A stretch of DNA of 61,249 bases, filler included, from Basidioascus undulatus (GCA_000826855.1; 3 parts of 3 records of this genome joined end to end with filler, not necessarily neighbours in it), one strand, 5' to 3'; numbered from the whole stretch's first letter, positions 35,280-48,158 are shown. The notes: a model not told the origin generated them from the sequence alone. Numbers and translations: made by a program.

Positions 35280-37210
35280 TCACAGGCCACGGTCCGCGCG
35301 CCAGACCTCTATTCCAGCGACCCATGTAGCCAGGACCTCGCTCGAGTCCTTGTCGAGCACGACAAGGTCAGCGTCCGCCCCTGCCGATAGATGACCCTTG
35401 CGCGCCGCGACCTCGGGGCCGAGCGACTTGGCCGCATTGCTCGTGGCACATACGAGCGCCTGGGCCAGAGAGATCGACGCGAACTTGACGAGATTTCGAA
35501 CGCATGTGGGCATTGTGACGACACTGCAAAAAGAAAGGCAGGTCAACGACGTCGACAGACGAGATGACGCCCGCGAGGGCGACTAACCTGCCCGCGAGCG
35601 TATCGGTGCCTTGGAGTGTCAGGCGCTGACCACTCTTATCAACCTTCCTGCCGTCCCATTCGTATTGGCCGTCGGGTTGGTCGGGGTCCAACATAGACAT
35701 GGCTATGGTGGCCAACGAAGCTCATCAACACGTTACGAAAGTGAAGAGAGGTGGACTTTGCTCACCGTCCGTGACGAGTACGCAGCCTCCCGGGTGACTC
35801 GAGTAGGCCATGCTGAGCGCGCTCGGGTGGCAGTGAATGCCGTCGGCGATGATACCATAGTACGGCCGCAAGAAGGGGAGCTCGTTCTGCGCGAGCAGGC
35901 GCTGGAGCTGCTCGTCCTGTGGTCGGAAGCGTGCCATCGTGGCCTGGCGAAGCTTGACAATGTCGGTAGCGTCGAGGACGGGTGTAATACCAAGGAGGCC
36001 GATGATCCCGGGCTCACGGTGATGGAGCTGAAGCAGTTCGAAAGTCAGAGGCGAAGCGGGATGCGCATGAAGGGAAGGAGACGCACCTGAGGCATTGCGT
36101 TGAAGAGGTGGGTGATCAGCGTCGCGCCAGACAGAACGGCGGCCACTGCGATGGCCGATGTTGAAGTGCTGCGCGAGACTAAGCTTGAGTTCTCTTTCGG
36201 CGGGGATATGCGAGACGAGCGGCGCACCTGTGCCCTAGCGAGACGGTAACCCCATGCTTGACGAGCTCTGGGATACTCTCTAGCATGCCGTCGACCTCGG
36301 GGGCGAGGGTGAGGAGTTTGACGCCGACGTTGTCGGCGGTGCTCGTGACGACGGCGCCGAGGATCTCGTCGACAGACTGGAAGCTCTTCGGAGCGGAGAC
36401 GAGGACATTGGGGCTGTGGCAACCGTGTTTGCTGGGGGAGATGAAGGGGCCTATTGGACAACAAAAATAAAGATTAGATTCACTCTTGGGCAACGTTCGG
36501 GATGCGTAGACAAACCTTCCGCATGCCAGCCGAGAATGTTGGCTGACTTCGGGAAGGAGCGCTGGCGAAGCAGAGGAAGGACTTGTGGGTAGAGGGTAGT
36601 CTCGTGAGACTGCCACAACGGCGGTCAGCCGGTGCACTCGAGTTTAACGACCGAGATGACAAACGATAATTGTCGGAAGGAAGCTACGGGGAGAAAATTG
36701 AGCGCTCACACGCTGGATTACTCCTCACAAACGCGGAGCTCACCTAGTCACGCCGGTCTCGACCAACTTGCCCGCAACGGTCCGCAACCCCGCCTCGTAG
36801 GCAGCCTCGTCCCCATTGAACTCGCTGAAGTCGACACCGAATGCCCCGTTCAGCTGGATGTCGATCAGGCCGGGTGAGAGGATGTGGCCTTGGAGGTCGA
36901 TGACGTGCGTGGGGCGCCCGCGCGACGCGTAGAATGTCTGTTGCGGGTTGAGGATGCGCCCAGTTGTGGGGTCAACCCAGAGGTCTGCAACCTTGAGCGT
37001 GCCGTCCGGCATCGCGAGACTGCCCTTTGTGAACTGGATGATCGGATTCTCGTCCACCGCGTTGATCGAGGAGGCCGGAGTGACGTTGGCGGTTGGCGTG
37101 AGGTGAGGGGAGTTCATGGCGGAGTTGGCAGGCGAGGTGGTGCAGGAGGACTCTGCCGACGCGAGGGCGTCCGAGGTCAACGCTGAGTAAGGCTCCGGCA
37201 TGGCAAGCAT
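35280..37210 (-). CDS. nagA: N-acetylglucosamine-6-phosphate deacetylase
   Basis: PGLIDIQLNGAFGVDF, GWHAE|GPF, TLAPE, SLGH, THLFNAM, IADGIH, VTD, LAG and GADADLVV. Confidence 0.95.
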
Positions 37211-37714
37211 CGTGTGTGTGAGTGTGAGCGGGAAGGCGAGAGAAGCAGCTTGACCGACTTTTTGTTCATCGCGAGGCAAACGTAGGTGTCCGGGCCCAAC
37301 GCCCAACCGGCTCACTGGCCGCTCACAGGCGATCCTAAGGATTGTGAATAGGACTGGCGGCCGACCAGACGCCGGCTGCGTACGTGAAAAGACGCTGTGG
37401 GAGGCCGAAGAATTCTCGCGGCGAGTGCGCACGGCGAAGGGGACCGGCACATTCGGCGGTTTCGCCGCTTTAACTCTCTTGCTCTTCTCTCCCGCAATAC
37501 CGGCACAACCTCCGCCCCCCGCCGCTCAGGCGTACATGTTCATGCTCGCTACTCGAGCCGCATGTCCGGCGCATGTCCCGACTGTGGCTGCCTGAGTTAG
37601 CCGACCTTCAAGTTTACCTTTTATCACATCGTCCCTTCTTCGCTTCTGCCTTCTTAGCATCGTCCCCACCACCTCTCACAACCTCGCTCATCTCAATTGT
37701 CGCGTCCGCTTGTT
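37211..37714. promoter_or_regulatory. Bidirectional nagA/nagB promoter
   Basis: Divergent starts 504 bp apart; CGG-rich. Confidence 0.7.
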
Positions 37715-38870
37715 ATGCGCATTATCATTCGCGAAACCGCCGCCGACGTGGGCCTATACACGGCGACCTATATCGCCCGCCGCATCAAGGAGTTTGCGCC
37801 TACTCCGGACCGCCCCTTCCTCCTCGGTTTGCCAACCGGATCGAGCCCGATTCCGACATACCGGCACCTCATCGCGCTCCACCGGAAAGGGATTGTCTCT
37901 TTCCGAAATGTCGTGACCTTCAACATGTGAGCTTGTTTTGGACGTGCTTGGAGGAGGTCATAGTAAACGCCGCGCGTTTCGGCAGGGACGAATACATCGG
38001 TCTTGAGGAGAACCACCCGCAAAGGCGAGCGCTCTTATCGTCAGATGAGAGGTCTCATGCGGCCTACTGATCTGTTCCCGCTCAAAAGTTATCATACCTT
38101 CATGTTCGAGAACTTCTTCCAGCACAGCAAGCCCACTTTCGCGTTGAGTCCATCGCCCGCTGCTTGCTGACACGTCAACTCTTGCCCGCAGTCGACATTC
38201 CCCGCGAGAACGTCCACATCCTCAACGGCTGTGCCACCGACCTGGTCGCCGAGTGTCTAGCCTATGAGAAGACAATCAAATCATTGGGCGGGATCGAGCT
38301 GTTCCTTGGCGGCTGCGGCTCGGATGGCCACCTCGCGTTTAACGAGTCCGGGAGCTCGCTCGCGAGTCGGACACGCATCAAGACGCTTGCGCACGAGACG
38401 ATAATTGCCAACAGCCGGTTTTTCGAAGGAGGGGTGGACGAGGTGCCGCGCATGGCGCTCACAGTGGGCGTCGCAACGGTAATGGAAGCGAGGGAGGTCG
38501 TTATTCTCATTACGGGGAGCGCGAAGGCGCTGGCGCTGTCGAAATGTGTTGAGGAGGGCGTGAACCACCTGGTGCGTCCAAACACTATTGCTTTCGGTCT
38601 CGGTCTCGGCCTCGGTCTCGGTCTCTCATGCCTTCCGCGCCCAACAGTGTACCGTGTCGGCAATCCAGCTTCATCCCTCGGCGATGGTGGTATGCGATGC
38701 TCCCGCCACTGGCGAGCTTCGCGTAAAGACCGTGGAGTATTTCAAAAGTGTGAGCACGCCCGATCTGTCTGCACTGGCCTCCATAAATGAAGAAACGGGT
38801 CCTGCAGATCGAGATGGTGCAGGCGGAAGTGGAGCGCGCGCGGGATGCCGCTGGGTTGAAGAGGGTGTGA
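37715..38870 (+). CDS. nagB: Glucosamine-6-phosphate deaminase
   Basis: [52 protein letters not shown] and [10 protein letters not shown]. Confidence 0.96.
38594..38626. repeat. Hexamer microsatellite (TCGGTC)n in a nagB intron
   Basis: tcggtctcggtctcggcctcggtctcggtctc. Confidence 0.85.
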
Positions 38871-39144
38871 GGCTCCTGGCTTTTATCTGCTGTACATGTC
38901 GTGCGCGTTGCATTGCTTTCACTTCGCACCATCCAAAAGCTCAAGTGGCGTGCACGCTCTGTAATACAATCATTTGAACCCGGTCAGCATATGTTTGAGC
39001 CAGAGACATCAGCCGATGCAAGTCTATGACGGATGCGACTTTGTTTAACCCTAATTTACGTCCCTAGTGGGCACAAAAGTACAGGCAGAGCAGACAACAG
39101 GAGGGTGGCACAGTAACTAAATGGGGATCCATCGGGGCATGGAT

Positions 39145-40837
39145 TCAGTGGGGGCTTAAGCTTGATGGCGTTCGCTTTTGCGACGGAGGGCGGTAAGGGG
39201 GTAGCACAGTCAGGATGGGGTTGATCATGAGGTCTATTTTAATTTTGTTCTTGCAGAGCAGATTGGTCTGAAATGTCTTGAGCCCCTCCTGTTGAGGGAG
39301 GACCCTGTCTACAACCTCTGGAGATGGCGTCCTATTGCCGACGGTGGCGAACGTGTGGCAGTCCTTGAGCACACGGAAACCAAGCTGGTCCATGGCCGCC
39401 CGAAAGCACGGAGCGTACGATGCTGCCACCAGACAGTCGACATTGGATGCACCCACGTAGGAATAGTTGAAGATGTGTGAGAGCGAGAAAGGGGCTGTTG
39501 CCAGGTTGCCCTTGAGCTGACGCAGTGGAACGAAACCTGTGACATCGATTCGCTTCATACTCCCAAGTGCGCTCTGTGCGTGTTAGGTGCTCCTCTGGCT
39601 CTCCGCTTCCAAGGAGAGTCGGGCGACGGGGAGGGCGCAAGGCCAAGGGCACGAGACAGCTCGGCTTTATCCTGGTTGGTATTGCGCGAAGCAATGTCTG
39701 CAAACGACCAGCCGAGCCGACATCCCTGCAGCAGGCGTAACACGGTTAGCGTTGCGAGTCAGTTGTAACGCGGACATTCCGCGGTCAGCCTTGCTGCACA
39801 CGCACGTTCCCTCAGTTTACTTTGATACAGTCTCCCTTTCTCTTGCCTTTCCTTTGAAGTAGCTCCCCTTTGTCTTGCCTATTTTTGTTCTTGCCTGCCT
39901 TTGTTCCAAAGTTCTATAGATTTCCCCGTCTAGCTCTAGCTCGAATAAAAAGGCCTCAGCAGCCTTAGCCAAGGTTCTAGCCCAGTTCTCGTTCCCTATC
40001 CAAGAGACAGGAGACGGGGCTCGAAGGAGAGGGGGAACCACCTTTGAGGGAGCTCAGTCTGGGTGTCTCCTAGGCACTTGCTTCACGCAGAACACGGCCA
40101 ATACCTGAAATCCCTCTCTGCGCCTCAAGGGTTGCATAGATGTCGCCATCCTGACGCGTCCATATCCTTATCGTCTGTATCAGACGACTCACTGGACTGC
40201 GGCTCCTCCATCGATGTGCGGCGTGTCCATCCCCCCTCTGCAATGGCCAGCATAGGAGGCACCCCAAAGCCGGCTGAGCAGCGCTTGCGCCAGCGCGACT
40301 TCTTCGGCTGGTGACGGCCTACGCATTGGAAGCGACGTGTGCTGTTAGCTGAAGATTGCGTCGTCAGTGTGCCCGTAGAGCAGCAAGAACCGCAAGCGAG
40401 TTCGTAACGATGGTCCTGACAACAGCTTTTCAGCTGTCGACCGGTCCTGTTCCGTAACACCTTGGATGAGAAGGCCCTGGGGTACCCCTCGATTTTGGGG
40501 CCCGCGGGGCCGAAGAGAAGACATGAGGGAAGGGGGGGCAAGGGCGGAGGGTGAGGGTTAAATCAAAGGGAGCGGGAAAGGACCAAAAGCATCAGGGAGG
40601 GGAGAAAAAGCGAAAAGGAGAGGGGGAAAGCGGTGGGAGGGGAGGGACGGCAGTGGGAGGGTGGTAAGGAAGGAGGAAAGCGAAGCCGAGGTAAAGTTAG
40701 GAGAGGAAGGGAGGAGATTGGATATGGTAAAAAGGCAATAGCGTGGTGTAAAAAAACGATATAGGATGGGTTGGTTTAGGGTAGTAAAGCGAGACAGAAG
40801 GAGGGAGGGGTAGAGAGGCGGGGTAGGACAGACAAGA
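39145..40837 (-). mobile_element. Possible transposon or retroelement relic at the contig end
   Basis: Intronless fragmentary ORFs (39145..39558 resembles fungal retroelement ORF1-like proteins as recalled) and a purine-rich low-complexity end; no RT or transposase motif seen. Confidence 0.3.
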
Positions 40838-40937
40838 NNNNNNNNNNNNNNNNNNNNNNNNNNNNNNNNNNNNNNNNNNNNTTAATTAATTAANNNNNNN
40901 NNNNNNNNNNNNNNNNNNNNNNNNNNNNNNNNNNNNN
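40838..40937. other. Artificial contig spacer N44-TTAATTAATTAA-N44
   Basis: Same structure as the first gap. Confidence 0.97.
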
Positions 40938-41423
40938 TCTGCCTCTGCCCCGCCCGCGCCCCCGCGCCCGGATCCATCACCTTCTCCGCGTCCCTCCCCG
41001 CGCCGCCGCCGACGCTCGCGAACTCCTCCTCGCGCTTGAGCTCCTGCTCCCTGCCCGCCTGCATCTCGCGCGCGAGCTTCTTGCGGCGCATGACCCACCA
41101 CGCGCCAACGCCCGCGGCGGCGAGGAGGAGGAGCACGAGGATGACGATGCCAGCGACTGCACCGCCGGAGTGGCCCTTCGAGGAGGAAGTGTCGGAGGCG
41201 ACGGCGTTAATGGAGGACGGGGACGCGGTGGGGAGGTTCGAGGGCTTGATGTAATGCGAGGTTTGCGCGGTGTGTTTCTGTGGGAGGAGGGCATGTCAGC
41301 GGGGAGCGGGATGTTGTGCGAGGCGGAAAGATGCGGACGGACAGTCGTGGAGGCCTCTTGGCGCGCGGCGAGGTCGTGGTGCGCGGCGCGGCGAGCGCGG
41401 ACCATGCGCGGGGCGGAGTCCAT
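40938..41423 (-). CDS. Single-pass membrane protein (Ser/Thr-rich segment, TM helix, basic juxtamembrane); truncated by the gap
   Basis: MDSAPRMVR...; after one intron, SGGAVAGIVILVLLLLAAAGVGAWWVMRRKK. Confidence 0.7.
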
Positions 41424-43440
41424 TGCTTGTATCGTGTGGTTTTCGAGTTGAAATAGTGTGCGATCGATATCTGTGGTCGATCGAGGAGCGCCAGATGCGA
41501 TATAAAAGACGACTGGCGAGCGAGAGGGGCGAGAGGGGTCGTCGGGTCGGCTGTTGTGAATCGGTTGTGGTGGTTGGTCGTGCGTTCGGCTAGCGTACGC
41601 TGCTGCAAGAGAGTGTGGATCTAAAAGACGGTGAGCGGGTGCAAATGAATGTGGAGGATAGAAAGAAGGATGGCGGCGAGAGGGAGAACAACGACGAGCG
41701 GAGGAGGAGGAGGAGCGGAACAAAGACTCTTGAGGACTGAGGGGCCCGGTGAGCGCGGCTCGTGCGCGCGCCGGGCTCGGCGCGGCACGTTTCAGTTTCA
41801 ATGAAATTGAGGCACGGAACAGGTTGAGGGGCTGTCAGACGGCGCCGTCAACCGTCGGTATTTACTGTGGAAAAACTTGAATGCAACTTGGCACAGTGCT
41901 GTGGTTGGCTGTGGTCAAAGGAGTACTTCACAACGCTGTATTCACCTTTGGCTCTGCAGATTGCGCCCATGCGTGGTTCAAGGCACCACTGGGGTCGATG
42001 CCGATGTTAGAAGTGCCTCGACGAGGCGAGTAAGTCGCCTCGCCTGCACCCGCTTTCTCCATGCCGGCATGACGCGCAACGCGACAGATGGGAGTACAAG
42101 ACAGTGTGGTCCGTGCACGGATTTGGGCAACAAAACGGACGGTATGAATTTTCAGCGGAGGCCACGAGGCTAAACGAGGCTGCTTGTGAGGCGGCAGCAG
42201 CTGCACCCGTTTCGCCCGTCTCAGTCGCACAATCAAGAGAAGCAGGGGTGTTTATTGCTTTAGTGTACCAGAAGAAGACAAAGGGTAGATTGAGGAGAAC
42301 GGGAAAAGAGACTACATGGTCAAGCTACGCAGAATGGACATCGTTCAACGAGTATCGCAGTTACCCCAGTTTCCAAATAGGAAGGAGGCAGCTGCGTCCG
42401 AAGCTTTCTGACCACGTCCCCACGACTCATGGGACCACTCTTTCGCCGAGTCTTAGCCTTTAGCGAGCAGCCTGTCTGACTGCTTGAACAGTAAAACTGA
42501 CTTGTTGAGAGTTCATACAACTGTATGGGGTAACTAAGCTGCTGCAGAGGTTCCAAAGATTGTGCCTTCCACCCTGAGATGCAGCGGCGCTCGCTTGAAG
42601 TTCGACGCAGGCTGCTTCATCGGATAAGTATGGCTCGGAACAAACATGGAGTAGACTTCTATAAAGAGCAGTACCAACAGTTTCTGGATAAATACTTGTA
42701 CTGGATATGGGAACATGCCTATTCAGTCACCATAGTTCACGCCCGCCCTAAGACGCATCCTACCTCGCACTCGGAGATAAAGCACGGTCAGGCCACCCCG
42801 TCAACAACCAAAATCAAGCGTTACAGGTCATATTCATAATCAAGCGTTACATGGTGATATAAATGGTGCACGTCCTAGTCTTGATGGAGGCACGAGCTGT
42901 TACTGAGCTGTCATTGAAAGAAGGACTGGAACTGTGAAAGCGATGCTTCACCGGCCCCCCGGGGGTCTATCCCCATCCGTGTTTCTACAGGCCATCGCGC
43001 TCAGTCTTTCCCTTGATGATATATGAACGAGAAGCACATAATACAATTGAACATTAACAATGAAGCATGTAGACGAGCCGCATCTACTCGCTCATGCTGG
43101 CTGAGCACGGCTCATCGCCAGCGCCAGCCGCGAGATCCGAGACCGTTCCTTCTCTCCGCTCGTCATGCTCGTCTCCCCAAAACTCCAAGCCTTCGTCACG
43201 CCTACCGCTTTTCGCAAACATGACCACAAGTTCTCCACGATGTCTTGTACCAAAATGCTGCGCTCCAACGGTACTTGGGTGACGGCCGCGGGGGGCGCTC
43301 GAGCTCGTGCTGGGTCTACGCTGAGATGACTTCATCGCAAGTGGGTTCCTCAAATGCCCCTCCGGCATGCCTCTCTCCTCCTCCTTGACCAATACCATCA
43401 CCACCAGTAGCATTCGCATTCTCTAACTCTCTATCACGCG

Positions 43441-44853
43441 ATGTCAGCGCAATTCAACGCGCAGCTTCAATCGCTCCCCGATCCGCCGGGGACGCGTCCG
43501 CCGCTCTCGGCGTACTCCCGCCCGGTCGGGACGTCGTTCCTCCTGCACTCGGGGCTCTCCGTGGGCGCATGGGCTCTCGGGTACGCGACCGGCCGCGCGG
43601 AGGCGAAGGACTGGCTCTGGCCGAGCGGGATGGTCGCCAACGCGTGGCTGCAGGGCGTCGTCATCCCCGCTGCGAAGGCGGATATTCCCATTAGCGCGGC
43701 GTGGGCGGAACTCGGTTGGCGTCAGAAGTTGGTTGTACGTTCTCTGTCTGCTTCTGTTGTTTGAGGCTCTCCCGTGCTCACGAGGGCGAGCGACGTAACA
43801 GCTCACCGGCGCGACGGCCTGGGGCCTCCGCCTCTTCTACCGGATCGCCTCGCGGGCGCTGCGTCGGGGTAAGGACGACCCGCGCTACGAGGAGGCCAAG
43901 ACTTCGGACCCGCACTTCTGGCGCAACGCGCTCCTGACGCAGTACCTCCCCGAGGCGACCATCCAGACGCTCATCACCCTGCCGTTCACCGCGCCGTTCC
44001 GCGTCGGCCGCGAGTGCCTCGGCTACGACGCGCCCTGGACCGGAATCGACAACCTCGCCGTCGGCCTGCTCAGCGCCGGTCTCACGCTCGAGGTTATGGC
44101 TGATGCGCAGGTTGAGCGTCACAAACGCCTGGGCGACCATGGCGTACGTCTGCGTTCCCGCGGTCTGTGATGTTCTCCTGCTGACCTCTCTTGTCGCGCT
44201 ATTTCAGCTTGTCCGCAACGGCGTCTGGTCCATCGTCCGCCACCCGAAGTAGTTCCCAATCTCGGAGTGCTCATCTACTTCATCGTCGACTAACTGATCG
44301 TGCTTTCACAGCTACCTCGCCGACGCCCTGGTGCACCTCTCCTTCCCGCTCCTCCTCCTCCCCACGCCCGCTTTCCACCCGATCCTCTTCCTCGGCCCGA
44401 TCGCCAACTACTTCTTCCTGCGGTGGGGGTACCTCTATAGCACCATCTGCTCAGCCCGAAACTCACTCTACGTCCCATAACCTGCACAGTTTCATCGGCG
44501 GCGACAAGGAGAACGAGGTATGTCTCGAGCTCTGCCTCCCCATTTTACCTTTCTCTCTGCTCATGCTTACTCGAATTTCCTTGCTCGCAGGCAACGCAAG
44601 AGAAGCGCTACGCTGAGAAGGACGACCTCAAGCTCGCGGAGCTGAAGACGTACCAGCGCACCAAGAACAGCTTCTGGCCGGGCGTTTCGGAGCTTGCGTT
44701 CGTCTCTTTCACCTTGAATCTTTTATGCTCAGACACTGATGTCGCCATCTTTCTCGCAGCAACGTCTGGACCTGGGTCATCATCGGTTCCGGCGGCGCAG
44801 GCGTCGTCCTGGAGCGCATTGCGCGGGCGTACGCCGCACCGCGGGTTCTCTGA
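43441..44853 (+). CDS. DUF1295 / steroid 5-alpha-reductase-like membrane protein
   Basis: KDWLWPSG, WGLRLFYRI...DDPRY, ADAQ, GVWSIVRHP|YL, FIGGDKENE and NSFWP. Confidence 0.85.
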
Positions 44854-45390
44854 GGGGTGTATCGTGAAATGCAGGGTTTGGAGTGACGAATGAGAACGGC
44901 GAACAAGGACACTTGAGATGGAAAGACCAGTGGCTACTTGATGTACGGGCATGATTTTCAGAGGGGATGCGTGGTTCTAGTCGTGAATGATCTAATGATA
45001 CCGAACAATCCTGTCTGGCAAGGCTGCCTGTATTTCCTACATTACCAGGCCAGCATGAAGAAAGCGGCTGCAGAGCCTCTCATTGTCTCTGGATGCAGCG
45101 AGCCAAAGCAGGCGTAGGCAGTCCTTGTGAGCGACCGCACACGCTCTTTCGCACCGCGTCGCCAGCGGTACTCTCGGTCTTTACTCAACTCAAACTTTTA
45201 CCACGGACATTAAGCCTTAATTCTAGAGTTTTCTGCCTAAAACAGCAGTATCTCGCTCGGCGCCACGACTGTGGCCGATTACCCACGCGCGGACCGGCTT
45301 ACATTTCCTCCTTCGTCCGCTTCCTCCACCATCCTGACACCCTAACAAGGTCTACATCCCACGCCGCAACCAACCGTTACCCAAACCACC

Positions 45391-47057
45391 ATGTCGCATC
45401 TCCCGCACGAGATCTGGTCGCGCATCTTCGAACTCGCTCTCGCAAACCCCAGCCAGACCCTTCGGGGTTCCTGCGTCAGGGCCGTTCGAAACGTCGGAGG
45501 GAGACGCAGCGTACTCGCGGTTGATGAACTCGTGCAGCTGTGTGAGGTAGTGTGGAAGAATTGCGAGTGATTGCTTGCTCTGCACTGCACGGCCATCGGC
45601 TTTTCTGTTGGGTCTTGTAGAACTAACTCCTGGCATAGCACCCCTCCAACCCAACCCGCACCATCAGAGCGTCGCAGGGATCAAGCCACACAAGAAGCGG
45701 AATAAATACGAGTAAAACTGGGTCTTGTATAGGGTTCTTTGTGCCATACAGACGGTGCTTCCTGTGAGGGTGATGTAAGGATTAGGTGTCTGCAGAGCGT
45801 TCGAGGTTGGAAGACGTAAATCTCGTAGTGCTGCTTGGCAGCCGAATAGAAGCCCGTAGCCATAGAAATACCATGGCCCTCCTGAATGCACTTGAAGTTC
45901 AGGTACATTTCCAGCACCTTCGGAGTCAGGGGACCAGGAAGAGTGCCTTCGAAGTCCTTAGGATCGCGGCCTCCCCACCCGTCACGGCCGTCACGCCGAG
46001 GGCCAAGTGTCCTGCGGTGTGGGTCAGAAATGAAAGTAATGCTCCAGAGTGTATGGGACATACCGCACGATCCATGTACCCATCATACACCCTCCGTGTG
46101 TCCTTCGCTACGTAGTGCTGCTAAACGACCGTCGCGCTCAAGCTGGCGAGTTGCGCTGATGAGAACGCCCCAGTGCTATGCTTCTGCTTGATCTTCTTTG
46201 CCGCGCGCTGCTGTTCCGGAGCATGGCGCTAAATGACCAGCTCTCGACGCTCTTCTTGTGTGGCAGGAACGGCAGATGCAGGCTGCCCACGAGCATGGGA
46301 AAGTCAGCTACTCCACAAGTTCACACCGGAGCATGTCAATTACCTTGCGCGACTTGCTCTTTCGGGCAGTCAATGGTGCGGAGGGTTTCGGGAGAGCAGG
46401 AGAGTTGGAAGCTTTGCGCTTTGGGGACATGGTGACGGGAAGGAGGTGCAGTCGATGTGTTAAAAGGGGTCCAGGCTGGATAGAGTCTTTGTGTATGATG
46501 GAGAGATGGGCGGTGCAAGATGTCGAAGTGTGGCACGTCTTCAGATTTCAATCATTGCCCATGCCTCACAACTGCCCCTTACAGCCAGTCTCGAGATGGG
46601 GTGCTCAGCTTAGCCTGAGATATTCGATAACTCAAGCCGCCTATTTGCCTTCGGTTCGGGGCTTATATCTTCGAATTTAATATTCTCAACAGCTACCGGA
46701 AGTCCACCCCCCGCTCAACGGTCCTTCGCCTGAAGCCTCTGCCGCCCTACCACCCACCGAGCTCCCGCTCAATCACTTCCAAGACTTCCTGCTGGCGGTA
46801 AGTGCATCCGCTTGCAGTTCGCGGAGGAATTCCGGTTCCAAATGGGGGATCTTTGGCCGGAGGAGGAGGTAGAGTTGACAATGGGGAGCTTGGCTAGGGC
46901 GTTGGGACATTTTGAGGAGGTGTACCCTGCTACTAAGCAGGGTATTTATCATCCTGAAGTGCGATATCCTTGCTCGGAAGCAAGCGGAAGGTTGCGCAAA
47001 GCCCCGTTCGAAGTCTGCATGAATCCGCATGTTGATCTGCATCCTCTGGCTGTGTGA
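45391..47057 (+). CDS. F-box-like hypothetical protein, possibly degenerate
   Basis: Starts MSHLPHEIWSRIFELAL; downstream exons only partly traceable. Confidence 0.4.
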
Positions 47058-47460
47058 GGGTGGTGCTGCTGTAATATACATTGAGGCTCAAATTTAAAGT
47101 AGTTTTAAAGCAGCACTGAGGCCCCAGTTGACTTCTGGGGATGATGAGCATGAATGTTGCTGTCTGCACAAACTTAGCATTTTTCGGATTGAGTTTGAAC
47201 TGCGTCAGTCAGCGACCCTTAGAAGATGCTACATTCTCAGCAAAGCTGTTATGCCAAAATGTAAGTATACGACTGTCAGAATTCTCGTTATGAGAGGGCC
47301 TAGCTGTCTCTACTGCAGCAGAAGCTATTCACAGCCAAATTGAGCGCACTCCGGACTGAGTTACAGGCACCTCATGTCACTGCCCTCCATGCTCCTCAGG
47401 CTGCTCAGGATTTTCAGATATGATGCAATTTTATGTCTAAACAATTGGTAGGGATATTCC

Positions 47461-48158
47461 TCAAAATATTTGGAACAGGGCAAACAGTGAGATCTGAAGA
47501 GGAAGTGCCGCTGTCGGGCAGGCAGCATTCAGTGTGATCTCAATCTCAGCCATTACATCGCCCGATTCAGTCCATTTCCCTCGGCGTTCTCTTCGCTCAG
47601 CATTTTTCACAGCCAAGCACATAATTATCCAGCAGTAATTGCAAATCAGAAAAGCTATCAACAGCGGAAAAGGTCCACGGAAAGGGCTAGCTAGGAATGA
47701 GAGTAACTAAAGCTTGTTCGCCGCTTGCTTCAAGCGTTCGGCGAGAACAAGGTAGTGCTGCTGTTCAGAAAGAAAGAGATTGTTTTACTCTGCAAGACAG
47801 AACTCCTCCAATGCCGCCCAAGCCCACAGCCTCATCCGTGGGTCCCATTTGTCCGACGTGGCCGTGGCCTCCTGGGCCTTGTCGTCGTTGACGTGTCCGT
47901 CGTCATCCGCGCTGGTCAAGCGGACCTGCTTGAATGTCCAAAACTCGAAGAACGCCGGTACCTATCAAATCAAGTCAGTATTTGTTCAGGGAGAGATGAG
48001 AGGGAGACTGGTGCAGGACAGAAGATGTGTGCGAGCGAAGACCAACGTGCCAACTCGCAGCCACACTTGAGGTAGCCCTCGTAGCGCGGGTGGCTCTTCA
48101 GGGACTCCCCAGGTATATCGTGCAGTGCCAGCCCTGGGCGGCAACCGTACGTGGCCAT
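47461..48158 (-). CDS. Small hypothetical multi-exon protein
   Basis: MATYGCRPG...YLKCGC followed by intron-like segments and VPAFFEFWTFKQ...WDPRMRLWAWAALEE; boundaries uncertain. Confidence 0.35.

Noticed and set aside
24699..38870. Bacterial contamination or a bacterial peptidoglycan-recycling operon
   Set aside because: All five genes have spliceosomal introns and fungal-type sequences.
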